This document shows positions 23,301 through 36,441 of a stretch of 64,000 nt of DNA, one piece after another. The DNA is from Phallusia mammillata. Lineage: Eukaryota. The stretch is taken from NCBI GenBank assembly GCA_965637545.1, contig OZ281495.1, positions 22,444,001 to 22,508,000 on the forward strand, given 5' to 3'. The stretch's first letter is position 1; each line of letters opens with the position of its first letter. Below the pieces are notes generated by a model. It was not told the DNA's origin. It saw nothing but the letters and a program-made list of their open reading frames with translations, and made no database searches. A program made the translations under genes and the position numbers.

Positions 23301-25648
23301 CCAAGTTATCCAACGTTAGTTAATTATACTTAAAGTCACCAAGCAATAAAAAAGAAACAATATGATATTTTCTGACTCCATTTATACCAGCATGATAATG
23401 ACTTGAAGGGGATTACTTCACAAAGTATATGTGGATGAAAAGAAACATGTTTAGGACATGCATAAAAATTATCCATAGTAAATTTTAATACAAAACATTA
23501 CTACAATATAACAAAACCTAAACTATATTAAATCATTGGAAAGCATGTGATACAATGGTAGGCTTATAAAAAGCTTGGATTTACCTGGGCATAGTGCGAA
23601 AGTATATAGGACATAAAAACCAAAAAAATAGCTAAATGCTTTGAAATGATAATTTTTCTAATAAAAACAAACTAGAATTTTGATATGCAACAACAACATG
23701 ACACAACACACACATTAGATTGAAGTGGGACAGGTGTATCAAATGTTAAATGTCTGACTACTCATAAAAATACACTGCAACAAAACGCAAACCAGCTTCA
23801 AAAGCTTCTGAGTGTCAAGAATTCACCATTCAAGGTTCTGTGTTGAGAATACTCGGTCTATCATTAAACGTTATAAAATTCTCGGATAATTGTGGGTCAA
23901 CATTCAAAATCAGCAGTCAACACCAATCCCGCACACGGTTGGGAACAACAACTTACGTCGTCTAAGAATTAATGTTACACGCGTCAAAAACGTATATCAA
24001 ACGCAACATTACTAAACCCACGCGCCACAACAACACAATGGACGACACAACACAACATCAATGCCAGACTATAGACATGACAATGGCCTTTGCCCGTAAT
24101 TGAAACAAGTATATATTTGAAAAGCGGGTCATAGGACCTTGAACAAAAATAGTTTCTAATCAGGAATCGCATGACAACTCAACAAACAAAACATAACCTG
24201 CAAATTACAAAAGCAGAATATTTCTGTTTTCTGAAGTTTGGTAACGAGTTCTTTTACGATTTCTATGGCACAATTCTCGACATGTTTAAAATTAGTTGCA
24301 AAAATCAAAGGAAACAATGCAGAAATTCTACTGCTGATAGCAACAATTACTCAGGACGAAGTAAGGTATAAAAGTTTTTTTTATATATAACAATCTTTAA
24401 TATGTTATAGCATTTAAACCAGGGCGATAGTGACAATTTTAAGATTTGGGGTGCGATTTTACTTCCTAGGGGTGCGATTTTAAAATTACTGATTGTATAA
24501 AAATGTACAAGAATTGTGAGACTAGACTAACATACAAGCCGATTTTATTTGTCTTGCAAATACACAAGCCACATGGGGCACATAAGCTTCGCTGCTATTT
24601 GAATAAGTTGCATTTGGCGATTTGTTTTTGTTTTTGTGATCTCGAGAGCAAGGTTGGGCTGTTTATTTAGCCAGAGGGGACGCTTTGTCAAGGCTATGTA
24701 TGGTGACCGGCTATACCTTTTTTAATATAACGGTAAGCTTTTCCTCCAACTTGTTTTACTTTACACTTTCTATAGGCCTACAAGCGCTTTAAAAGTTTTT
24801 GTGTCATTTAATTTGATAAATCTAGTGTAATTTTATAATGTGGAATGTATAGGTTTCTCTTCTACCGAGTATGCCCCATTATTTTCAATCAAAACAACAA
24901 AAACGGCTAGCCTATTGTTTGGGCATATAATCGTATAACGTTATCTTGTCTATGACGTCAGAAACTTTGCATGGATGCGTTAGAATTGAGTGAATTTGAC
25001 CCTCAGTGTCTTTGTTGCAATTAAATTTGGTTTTAACTGTTAACATAAGCATTGGTGGTTCTGGGTAAATCTTATTGCACGCACAAGCTCAACAACTTTA
25101 AAAAAATAACAAAATAATGGGGGCGATATTGAGCCAGTGCCCTAGCAAGAGGACGATTTCGCTGAAAAGATTGAAGACCACTGATTTTAACCGTCTACAA
25201 TACAAACACATGGACGCTGGTGAACCTATTTGTAGTGTCATGGCAGGTAAAAACTTTGTTTGTAGAAATTGTCTGTAACTACCAATAGTTTGTGACACAA
25301 ATCCACTAAAACCCACAAATCGTTTACCCGTAACTCAAAACTGTTTTTCGTTCATATTGCCATCGAGAAAATTGCCAATTGCTGTATCTTAAATATTTTG
25401 GGAAACACTGTCGCTGAAATTTTTTAGAATTTTAGTCAAACAAATCTAACAAGTGGTCCAAGTCCAAGTAGAAGTCCAATTTCATGTCAACTGTCAAGTT
25501 TTGTAATTGGCCCAAAAAGAATGTTGCAAAGACACAAAAAATACTAAATTTGCATTATTTTAAATTATTTCCTGTGGAGTGTTGTTGTGCCACTGTAAAA
25601 CTGTACTGTGCTGCTGATTTTTAGAGAGCCTTCTGAAATTTATGAATT

Positions 25649-28191
25649 ATGTCAGATACAGATTTGCTTGTTGATGACCGTGTATCTGTGGATGGATATG
25701 TCGGAACAGTCAAGTTTATTGGTCTAGTTCCACCTAGTGAAGGTAAGCTATTTTTTACCAATTATCTTAACTCAATAGTAAAACAATTTTTTTTAAAAAC
25801 AATTTTTTTAGCACAGACTTATTCACCGAAACATTCAGATTTTTATAAACTAACAAAATACATTAACAGGAGTTTGGATTGGAATTGAATGGGATGACTC
25901 TACCAGGGGAAAACATGATGGATCAAAAAATGGAGTTGTATACTTTACGTGCAAGTAAGCAAGGTAATGAAAATATTTACTGATGGTAGTATTAGGATAA
26001 TACTTTTTTCACAGAAACTCTAAAAATGGATCATTTGTCCGAATAACTAAGATAAATCGGGGCATTACAATTTGTGAAGCAATTCAAGATCGATACCAAG
26101 TTCCAGCTGGTGTTAATGTTTGTGGTGAAAGAGAAATGTTTATGATTACCAATACAGGGCAACACAAAAAAGTGGATACAGTTGGTCTTGATAAAGTTCA
26201 AAAGCAATTTAGGTACTTATCATTTACTTTTTACCCCTGCAAAAAATGATGTAACTTAACATGATTATTTTTGTTTGTAGTGTTCTAACAAACTTAAAAA
26301 TAATTGGTTTGCGTGATCTAATGATATCTTCATCTGGGCCTGCTGGAGAACTTTCATCTCTTGCACCAAGTAAATAATTTTACCTATGACCAGTTATACT
26401 TTTATCTTGACATACAATTTTTACCAGACATCACTACCTTGGACTTGTCAAAGAATTTATTGTCAACTTGGATGTCAGTTTGTAATATTGTGTCCCAGTT
26501 GACTCAACTAAAAATTCTCAATCTAAGTGAAAACTTACTGTCATTCAATGATGAATGTTTGAAACACACAGCTGCATTTTCATCTGTAAAAACACTTATT
26601 TTAAACAAATGCAAACTTACTTGGAATAATGTAAGTTTAAAGCTTGTATATTTTAGTGATAAGTGTTGAAAATCTCGATTTAATGATTGTGTATTTCAAT
26701 AAATGAACTGCTTGTGTCAACAAAGAATATATATATATGTTGTACAAAATGTTTTTATTTTTGACAAAGATTGTTCTTTTATCTTAGGCTTTTGTTGTTT
26801 ATACATGCAGGTTGCACAGTATGCACAGATATGGCCAGATGTAGAAGAACTTCACCTGGTTGGCAACTTGATTTCCGCCATGTCACCACCTGCAGAAAAT
26901 GTTTTGCAAAATATAACATTTTTAAACCTATCAGAAAACAAATTTGATGAATGGGGGCAGATAACCAAGATTTCCAATTTACCAAAGTGGGTTATAGATT
27001 TAACCCTAAAATCATGGCATTTTGTCTTAATTATATTGTATGCAAACAGATTAAAGAAACTGTTTCTTAATGGTTGTGGGTTATTTGAGATTTGCTGCAA
27101 TGAAAACCTCTTTCCACATGTAGAGGAAATGTCAATTGCTGAAAACAAATTTGTAACAGTAAGTTTGCACTATTTCTAATCTATTTTTTCATGAGAAGTT
27201 TTGGAGTTTTATACATAAATAAGTAATTTGATTTTCAGCATCAAGTTTTCAATGAGCTGCACAAGTTGCCAGCATTAGGTGACCTTATCTTTCGCAAAAA
27301 TACCATCAATGAAAAGGAAAATTATGAGGATACACGGGAAATAATAGTGGCAAAAATGAAACATCTGATAAGGCTTAATAACAGTGTGGTACTAATGTGT
27401 TTTATTTTCTACAACTTCATGTTTGCCTGGCAAGCCAAACAGTCAGATATTTTTTTAGATCACTGATAGGGAAAGAGACAGTGCAGAAATGGATTATCTT
27501 AAAAAGTTTGGCCTGGCATGGCTTGAGTCTGGTGGACACCAAGATCCCGACAAAAACAATCCATCCCAGGAGTTTTTTCTCAATCACCCAAGGTATATGG
27601 AGCTGGTGAAAGGTATGTAACGAATTTCAGTTTAAAATAAAGTCAACGTACTTAATAAACCTTTCGTTAAAGAATACGGAGCACCTGCCGACCACGAGCT
27701 TGTTAAGAAGTCAAGCGCCCTTAAAGGCAACCTCATCGGTAAGATAAACGATGTGAATTAGCTAGGTACTTACTGACCGTACTGACATTTATCACAAACA
27801 TTTGCAGAGGTGAATATAGAAGCTCCTATCAAAGACAACTTTAAACCAGTGTCCCGTCGTCTTCCGCTATCTATGACCGTTGCAAACCTGAAGATGCTTG
27901 TTCAACGATTGACAAAAATCGAAGTTCGAAAACAACGGCTTGTATATGTAAGCAAAGAGGTGAGTATATTATTTTTATTGCCGAGTCTTAGGACCGTGGA
28001 AATGCCCCACGATTTTATCCTCGTGTGTGTTTTAGAATCCTGAACACGTGGTGGCGCTAGATCGCGATCAAGAGACCTTACACGACGTGTCGATCGAACC
28101 TGGTGACACTGTGCAGGTTCAAAAACCAACGGAATTTGATCTGGCGAAATACATTGCTAGCAGAAAAAGGACGCGCATGTTTCACCAATGA
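25649..28191 (+). CDS. TBCE: Tubulin-specific chaperone E (CAP-Gly, LRR, ubiquitin-like), 543 aa, 12 coding exons
   Basis: Exons 25649-25742, 25870-25954, 26015-26212, 26281-26369, 26428-26630, 26811-26986, 27050-27158, 27239-27388, 27459-27612, 27673-27738, 27808-27959, 28036-28191; 1632 nt in frame. CAP-Gly GVWIGIEWDDSTRGKHDG; LRRs LDLSKNLL, LNLSENLL, LHLVGNLI; TBCE block ERDSAEMDYLKKFGLAWLESGGHQDPDKN...HPRYMELVKEYGAP; UBL RLPLSMTVANLKMLVQRL...LDRDQETL. Confidence 0.95.
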
Positions 28192-29470
28192 AAGTTTGTT
28201 GTTAAATTTGCTGCTTAAACTTTAGTCGTTATGTGGACGATTCGCTTTTCGTTTTACTGTGATGCATAACTTTTTTAGTCCCGATTTTAAACAACACGCA
28301 AAAAAGATTTCTGAAAGCAAACCAATCTGTGCTGACTTGTTCAAGCACCACTGAACGTGTTAGTTGTTAACTGTTTATCGTCAGTGTTTTTACTATAATT
28401 TTTTGTCAGGCAAAGGTGGCTGTGTAATTACGTTGTCGCACTTGCTTCATGTTGCTTTTATCACCCTTCTGTATGCCTATGGCTGACCATGTAGCAATTC
28501 TGAATAAACAGTCTTTGGCTTTTCTTGCGCAATCTGAGTACCATTTCTCCCCTAAGTGTCCGTGTATTTTACTTAATTCGATATATTCGTGATCAATATT
28601 GATGTGCCTCAACAATTGTTTCAATGAGTTTTCGTTGTGGCTTTATTGTCTCCACTACCTGTTTTTTTATATAGGAAGGTGATTTTAGCGTGAAGCCAAA
28701 AGTCATGTGCTATATATAATGGCATGAAGTGACTTTTGGACAATCAGTAATCCCATGATAACCCTGTATCGTCATTGCGACCTATGACATTACCTAACAA
28801 GAGACCAGCCGTTCTATCCGTTTTTAAGTTACCAGGCGTGATAACTATGTGATTCAGCTTTCAGTCTTATTACGTACAACTCGACGTAGTGCTGTACGTC
28901 ACTGCAGAACGCATATTGTTTTCCTGTGGTGACCGACCGCTGACCAACAATTGTTTCAGGTAAGATGACTGGGTAACCATTATAACCAGCAGTAACTACA
29001 AGAACGGCCTCTTTCGCATTGGCATATTCGCTTTGTCTTTAAAAATTTAAAGTGAAGGAAATGTACGCAAGGGTGTCTGCTTTGAACAACATACTGCTTG
29101 CTATTATAGCGACAGCCCTTTCACACGAAAATCGTACAAACTTTTGATAACGCAAATGACAACTTTTAAAGTTGATAGTCTCATTGACTGCAAAACGCGC
29201 TTTCACATTTAAAAACATACAGTGGGGTAGGACAAAAAATCGTTTTTTATAAACGCATAATCACGGACGTACGTGGGAAAAACAAAATTTCGCTCGATCA
29301 ACGGGCGTATATGTCGACATTGTAACTATAAGAACAAGTTTAAAACTATGTGGTACTTGATAATAGTCAATAACGGAAAAAAAACACTGCACTGTTATCG
29401 AGAAAATGAATGGGAATAACAGACATACAGCAAGGAATGTTCGTGTTCCATCGATTTTCTGTTTTCCATT

Positions 29471-32400
29471 TTACGTTCCTGACAATTCAGTGCCTTGACT
29501 CTGTTTTCGCTTGTTTCTGCCATTTTGTGATGCGTTTTTGTTTTTGATAAATTTTGACAAAGTGTTCATGGCTTCCGAAACACCCTTGCCTTTGATAGCA
29601 CAACATTCCTGAAACAAAATAGGTACATTGTTTACCACAATCATTTTGCAAAATTAATAAATGTTCAACAAATTTGACATATTCAAATGCATTTATTTAG
29701 AAGAGATGACAAAACTTGCGCTGAAATTTCTAACGCCAATTCTGTGCGCATATTTAGCAACGTTTTACATATCTGCTTCCCACATTGCAAGAGGTTAATC
29801 AGGACATTTGCTCCACAACATTCACAAACCGTTTTTCCGTGTAAATGACGTGGAAAGCCATTTGTATTTTTATGAATGGCCCGAAGAACGCACGAAAAAT
29901 ACGAAATGGTTTAAATTATGTAAACAACTTTAACCAAACTAGGACATGATTTGTAGCACAATTATAACAGCTACAAGTGTATACCTGGACATGCCAGTTA
30001 TGATCTGGAGGCAAGTCGTGGAGTTGTAACACTCCTTCCATTTCTGCCACATTAATCGCACCCGGTAAATCCTGTTTGTTGGCGAGCACCACCAGTGGTA
30101 TCTAGAAAATAAAATCATACATTCACACCCAGAAGCAAATATAATACATCTTCATCTAAAATAAGATAATACATCTACATTAGGGTTGCCATTCGTCAGG
30201 ATTTTCCCTGACATGCCAGGGAATTTAGTGTTTAAATCTGCGTCAGGGAGAAATGTTAAAATGTACCTAAAAGTCCGGAATTCAAGAAAAAATATTTGTA
30301 TATTTTATGAAATTAATGTACCGACGGAGAAAGTTTCTATAAGTAGATAGCTACAACCGCGTCTAAACCATGAAACGTAAAGAGGTAAACTGGCGGCGCG
30401 CAGGTCAACGTACAAGTTACTGTATGATGTGTGTGCGCGCGTAACAATACCTGTTTGTTACTAGATGTTTAACAATAGGCGTTAAATACACAAATAAAAA
30501 TCCGCGTCTCAAGAAAACACAGCATTCGATGCTACATGAGATCGTGGGAAATTTCATTTCCTTAACTGTGTACCTATTATGCAGGGACCTAACTAACAAC
30601 TAAAAGTCGAATGCGTGAGACATCAGAACATTTTTACAGTGGCATTTTTCTTCAAATTTAAAAAGGTCCTTGTGACTCCCATCGTTTAATTTTTTTGGTT
30701 CAAAAAAAAAACTTAACTAAACAGAAGCCTGCCCAGAAAGTTAATTGACAAGGATCAGAGTATCGTATGTAACGTTTCTTGTGTCGCCGTCCGTGTGACT
30801 TCCCAATATTCTAATTTATTCCGGAATAGAAGTGTTTGGATCGCAAAAATGGTTAACGCAGCGGTTCTCAGACTGGGGTCCGCGGTCCTTTAGGGCATTT
30901 TGCGGGGACCTCGAAAAGGTGGAAGTAATTCTATATCCTTATTTGGCGTCAGTTTGTGCAACTGGATAAGTTGAATTCAAAGTGAAAGTGAAAATCGACC
31001 GTCTCCATTGTTAAACAATAGGCTTTATTGCATGACAACTAACAAAAATGCAATTGTTCGCGCACAATTGTAATGTTTTTGTCTTGTCTGTGATGTCAGA
31101 TTTGGATCATTGTTATGCGCAATTTTGCATAACTAGCTAAAATCCTGCAATCAACTTTCGTTTTTCTGAAATAGACATTCAGACTTACGTCAACACATTT
31201 AGACTTAAAGTTTGAGAAAAACTGTGTTCCCGCAACCCAGATAAATTTTGTCAGGGATTGTGTTTCATAAAATATGGCAACCCTAATCTACATCATCTCT
31301 TTCAAAACAAGCAAATCATGACGTTGGTTTAAGAATAAATATACACGTGAAGACATAGGCTATAGTTCCGTCCTTGCCACATACAAGTACAAAAGTTAAT
31401 GGAAACTTAAATTAATTCATTAGTATTTCACCTTAGCCATGTTATCCTCGTTAAGAATGGCGTTAAGTTCGCTCGCGGCTTCCCCAAACCGACTTGAATC
31501 TGCACTGTCCACCACATATATAATACCTGGAAATCGAAACAATATTCATTTAATTTAGTCTTACACGCGAGTTTCTTTTAATGTAATCTTATAGGCCTAT
31601 ATATAAGTTTCATGTTAAAGTTCCAATATCTTCTTGTGACCAAACTGATCGGAATAGAATGTTAAAAAATAATGAATGCCAAAGTTCAAACCATTTGCTG
31701 CATTGTGTCGCCGCAACAATGTGGGAAATGCACTATACAAAAATCTTTATTACAATTTACGCATTAAAATGTCATAGAAGTAGAAGTTTTTTTAACATGC
31801 CTATATAAGTATTTTTCAGGTTGGACAAAAAGCCGCACAGGGACACAGAAGACCTTAGTCTGCCCTGCTTATACGTCACAATAACTTATATTAACTATAC
31901 GTTATTTTAGTTCGTTGGTCGAAGTCGTTCCAGCAACTGGGTTGAAATGTGCGTAATATATAATGGTCCTATATGTCACGAGAGAACTGAACATAAAATT
32001 ACGTCACCCTTCGTGTGGTGACCCATGGACGTGTGTGTTAAAGTCCAAACTACACGATAAGGAAGTTAAAATCCAATATAGGCCACAAGGATTATTATTT
32101 GCAACAATTCAATTGTGTACTGGTAAAATTGTTTCCATGAAATGGCTGATGGTAAGTGAATTGCTTTAGAGCTATCCTCATAAGACATTTAACCACCCTT
32201 TACGCAACATATTTTAGACACCGATTTTTTAAGTAATCTTTTTAGACTCCGATTTTACTGGTATATTGTCCAACACACCTTCCGTAGTAGTGTAGTAATG
32301 TTTCCACAGTTGTCTGATTTTGTCTTGGCCCCCAATGTCCCATATCGTTAAAGTTAGCCCCTTGAACGGGGTAACAGTTTCAACATTGAAGCCGATTGTT

Positions 32401-33187
32401 GGAAGTGTTCTAGTACATTCCTTCAATTTTAGTCGTTGTAAAACGGTGGTTTTTCCTGTAAATATCAATTTCAGAAAAGCATTTGAAATATTCATGCGTT
32501 TTGGTTTATTCAAAGCTGTTTACGATGTTGGTCACGTTCATTAGTCTAAAAGGGAAAAGCGTTCAGAGATGAAACGCTCTTCGTAGAAAAAACAGCGGAG
32601 AAACGCATAGGTATTATCAATGCAACAAACTTTCACAACATATGATACATGAATATGTTAAGTTTTTCATAGTGCTTATGGGAACACTACCTATCAAAAG
32701 AATTAAGTTAATAAACACTTTTTTACAATCAATCTGTATAGTTAACAAATATGCAAATATGCATGTCCGTCATTTCAATTACTTCCTAGTTTGCTGGCAT
32801 TAATTCATGTTCGAGTTTGGACGTGAAAAAAATCATGGGACTATATGCGAAGTTGTCCAAGTCAGCTATTTAAATGTGTCGTTGTCCAAAATAAAACACT
32901 GTTGCTTAATGACTCAAAATTTTGCACAATGTAGTCTATTTAGCAGCCAAGTTGATAACATAACTTTAATAAATACGGTCAGAGCTGGAACAAACAAGAC
33001 CAAATGCCCGAAATTTCACTAAAACTCGTGTCAATGTTTCATGAGGCTTCTTAGCTACGATGTAAACGTTATTGCGGCATAAGGCAATAAAGTTGGCAAC
33101 CTTACCAGCCGCATCAAGTCCCAGCATACAGACTCGTATTGGTTCTCCTTTGTTGGTCGACAGAAACTTTCCAAACATACTTCCCAT
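29471..33187 (-). CDS. ARF-family small GTPase, ARL11/ARL14-like, paralogue A, 202 aa, 5 coding exons
   Basis: Exons (minus) 33187-33106, 32455-32279, 31526-31432, 30101-29985, 29608-29471; 609 nt. N-terminal MG; G1 GLDAAGKTT; PTIGFNVET; G3 WDIGGQDK; G4 NKQD; [15 protein letters not shown]; basic tail NGRNKRKQ. Confidence 0.92.
30181..31285. mobile_element. Non-autonomous hAT element, 1105 bp, in intron 3 of ARL paralogue A
   Basis: TIRs TAGGGTTGCCAT / ATGGCAACCCTA; perfect 8-bp TSD ATCTACAT (30173-30180 and 31286-31293). Confidence 0.9.
30859..31185 (-). mobile_element. Truncated copy of the 420-bp hAT MITE family nested in the 30181-31285 element
   Basis: Starts CAGCGGTTCTCAGACTGGGGTCCGCGGTCC and follows the 51593-52012 copy for about 320 bp; the other end is missing. 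Confidence 0.85.
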
Positions 33188-35277
33188 GATGATTAGCTCG
33201 TGTTCGCTCAGTTTCTAAATTAACAGTAAGCTGGAACTGAGTCTACAAATCAACATAGTTAAATCGAATAAGTACACTGCCCAGTTAAAGGAAACTGTTT
33301 TCCATTGTTAACGTTTAAGCGCTTGTATTTTAATTGGCACTTCGCCTAATTGTATTTCACATAGAAAATTATAAATAAGAACGCCTCCATTTGACCCTGA
33401 CTCTCGAATTCACTACTGCGTGCGACCTTATTGTTGACGCTTTATTGCCTGTAGTTTAAGGCTTCTCCGTTGCACCGCATCCCAACAGTGGCGGAAACAC
33501 AGAGACTGACTTCAGTTGATTAGGGACAATGCCACACACTGCGGGTGACCCGAACGCCGATGCACATAAAACGTAAAACTGTTAAAACGTCACATCACGC
33601 GGATTGGGGTATTCTGGGAAGCCGCCGTTTGACGTATTTAACCAAGTGCCAAAATTTCCCATATAATTTCAACAAGGAAAATGTTTGTACTAAATAAGCG
33701 AGGTAAGCGCTGTCTCCTTGTGAGAACGCGACGTTTTCGCATCAGTTGCTTCGTTCTTTCTTCGTTTCGAAACCCGAAGGCAAATAGGAAGCGTTTGTGT
33801 TTACTGCAATCCGGTTACGTATTGTTGCCTTACACTTTGCCTATATCTGTGTTTAAGTATTCTCACGTAGAAGTAAAACTCCCAACACTGCTACGTTAAC
33901 GACTCCACGTTCAGAGGAAAAACACTGTTCAACTTCCAGTCTGCGATTTCGTTTATGTTGATGTGAAATGATATGAACAAAATACCGGAATTAAACGCGT
34001 CACGCTCACTCACACCTAATGTCTGCTGATGCATCGACGCCGAATCACACTGTGTACATCTCCTCTGCGAACCGGCTCGGTTCCTTTCTAATACTGTGCA
34101 CTGCATGTAGCGGCCTGACTCAGTGACTAACGAAGAAACGCGTTTTGTCAAGCTGATGCTGATGTGTTGTAATGCGATAGAGAAACAACTGACGATGCCA
34201 ATAGACGGTTCGAGGTTAAACTGCATCACGGGGCAAATGCATTGTATATGTGTGTGTAATGCCTGCGCATTTTGTGCGTTTACTTTTCTGGCACGTGCAC
34301 TCTTATGAACTACACACTTTTGCGACTTGGGATTACGTGGCACACCAATGCGTTGACGTTAAATGAACAAAACTAGGTTATTATTTTGACTCGCAGTCAA
34401 TGACTCAGTAATACCTGGGTTGTATATATAACTAAAGGTATCCCTTCATCTACGTAGCGCAGTAGACGCAAATAGCTCATCTGCTCGACAACTGTATCGA
34501 ATAAAAGTATTTACAGTTTTTACACGTTTAATTTCCTTGGAGATTTGAAGCAAATATAGTACTTCCACCACGTGGACTATATAGTCTCCATGAGGCAATG
34601 CCTATTAGGGCTGAACATCGGCTTCACTTATCAATATTTGCGATGTATTTTTTTCTTTTATAGGAATCACCACCACAGCAATCATCGGACACTGCCTTAT
34701 GGTGCATTTTAATTTTATACATAGCCGGAATGCAATATGTTTCCTTTGTCACCTTATACCTGTCAATCTGCAGAAATATATTGCTAGGCAAACGCTTTCT
34801 TCTCTATAGTCAATACATTGACGTGCTCAGTCTTGAGTTGTGTAACTTGCGCAATTCTTGCAGGAAGACAACAACTTTTACGTTAGTGTTTTTTAACGGT
34901 ATCGATAAGTCAGACTAAATGGGCATGATGAAAGTAATTAATTTTTAAATTCTACTGTGCAATGAAGTAAATTCTCACATTATAAACAATTGAGCTACAT
35001 AGATATACTCAAGTCAGCGAATTTTTGGGCTATAAATAAAGGTAGCGAAATATATTTGTCACCTGTATTCTCACAGGTCGGCCGAAATCAGGGGTGCACA
35101 ACCTGAGAGCATACGGCCATACGGATGCGGCCTCCATGATGAACTTGTGCAGCCATAAACATGTGCATTAAAATACACGTACTCGCGGCCATGAATTAAA
35201 TATAACTTTTTTACTAGACATTTGGCTTTTAAATCTGGCTTGAACGGATTTTTCTGGGATGGAAACATATATTATAC

Positions 35278-35697
35278 CAGTGGTTCCCAAACGTTTTCAT
35301 ATTTTTTTCAAAACGGTCCCTTTGCCATTTTTTCGAGGGCTCGCGGTCCTTAAGCCTAAATGTGTATTACATAAAAACGAAAGTTGATTGCAGGATTTTA
35401 GCTAGTTATGCAAAATTGCGCATAACAATCATCCAAAGACAGCATGTGACATCACAAACAGGACAAAAACATTACGATTGTGCGCAAACAATTGCATTTT
35501 TGATAGTTGTCATTTAATAAAGGCCATTGTTTAGCAATGGAGACAGTCGATTCTCAATTCTACTTTGATTTAAACTTATTTAGTGGCACAAACTGACGCC
35601 AAATAAGATTATAGAATTACTTCAACCGCTTCGCGGTCCCCTCAAAATTGCCTCACGGACCCCTAAGGGACCGCGGACCCCAGTTTGGGAACCGCTG
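35278..35697 (+). mobile_element. 420-bp hAT (Charlie/Buster-like) MITE, full length
   Basis: TIRs CAGTGGTTCCCAAAC / GTTTGGGAACCGCTG; perfect TSD TATTATAC (35270-35277 and 35698-35705); near-identical copies at 51593 and 58509. Confidence 0.93.
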
Positions 35698-35999
35698 TAT
35701 TATACCGACTCAGAAGCCATAACCGCCAGACTTGTACGCATATGATGTACAAACAATTGAATAAACAAGGAAACAAACAACGTTACAATACAGAAAGAGA
35801 CGTCATTTATACAGTTAAGATTGATTGTCAAATCGTTTAGCTAAACTAAATCAACGGATAAAGTAAAAATCTATCTGGATTTTTAGGCACCAGTAGATGG
35901 GATATTATGACATCTAGCCTACATCTTTAAATCATACGCATGGCGGCCGTTGGTAAAATAAGGATTTGTGGTCGACATAACGAAAAGGTACCCCTAGCC

Positions 36000-36300
36000 C
36001 AGTGGTTCTCAACCTTTCGTGGACCGTGGTCCCCTAAAAGTGTCATTTTTTGCCTCGTGGCCGCCTTCATGTAACCTTCATGTAAAACTCGTGTTGGAAT
36101 TCGGTACTAATATCGGCTTTAAACAGGTCGATCAGAGTAAATAAGAATCCGTAATCGGAAAAAACCTCAATATAGACAAATAGTATGCGAAATAGTCGAT
36201 TGAATTAGGGAATTTTAGTGGGTGTTTCTGGTAAATCTACACCCGTCGCCCCCCGGAACACAGCTCCTGGGGGGCCATGGGCCCTGGTTGAGAACCACTT
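36000..36300. mobile_element. 301-bp hAT MITE
   Basis: TIRs CAGTGGTTCTCAACC / GGTTGAGAACCACTT (last base mutated); perfect TSD CCCTAGCC (35992-35999 and 36301-36308). Confidence 0.9.
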
Positions 36301-36441
36301 CCCTAGCCTAAATGATAAATATTTGCGATAACAGCAACTTAGTTACAAGATTTTCAACACACAAGTATAAAATAACAATAGAAACAACATAAATTTCGAG
36401 AGCTATATGCAGTTTGCAGCCAAACACTTTCAGAATTAGCG

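Noticed and set aside
23984-24172. 62-aa minus-strand ORF after an acceptor-like site
   Set aside because: No homology or conserved pattern; it could equally be non-coding leader sequence.
24595-24607. CTATTTGAATAAG, matching 13 nt of the Ciona spliced leader ATTCTATTTGAATAAG (recalled)
   Set aside because: The 5' bases differ, it is not followed by a GT donor, and there is no clear Sm site, so it is not an SL RNA gene. A retroposed leader relic cannot be excluded but is unsupported.
28406-28624. 72-aa minus-strand ORF between TBCE and ARL-A
   Set aside because: It is not in phase with the nearby acceptor, has no ATG start and shows no recognisable similarity.
33891-34343. 150-aa minus-strand ORF between the ARL genes
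   Set aside because: GTG start, no homology I recognise, and not a third ARL copy (no G-box motifs).
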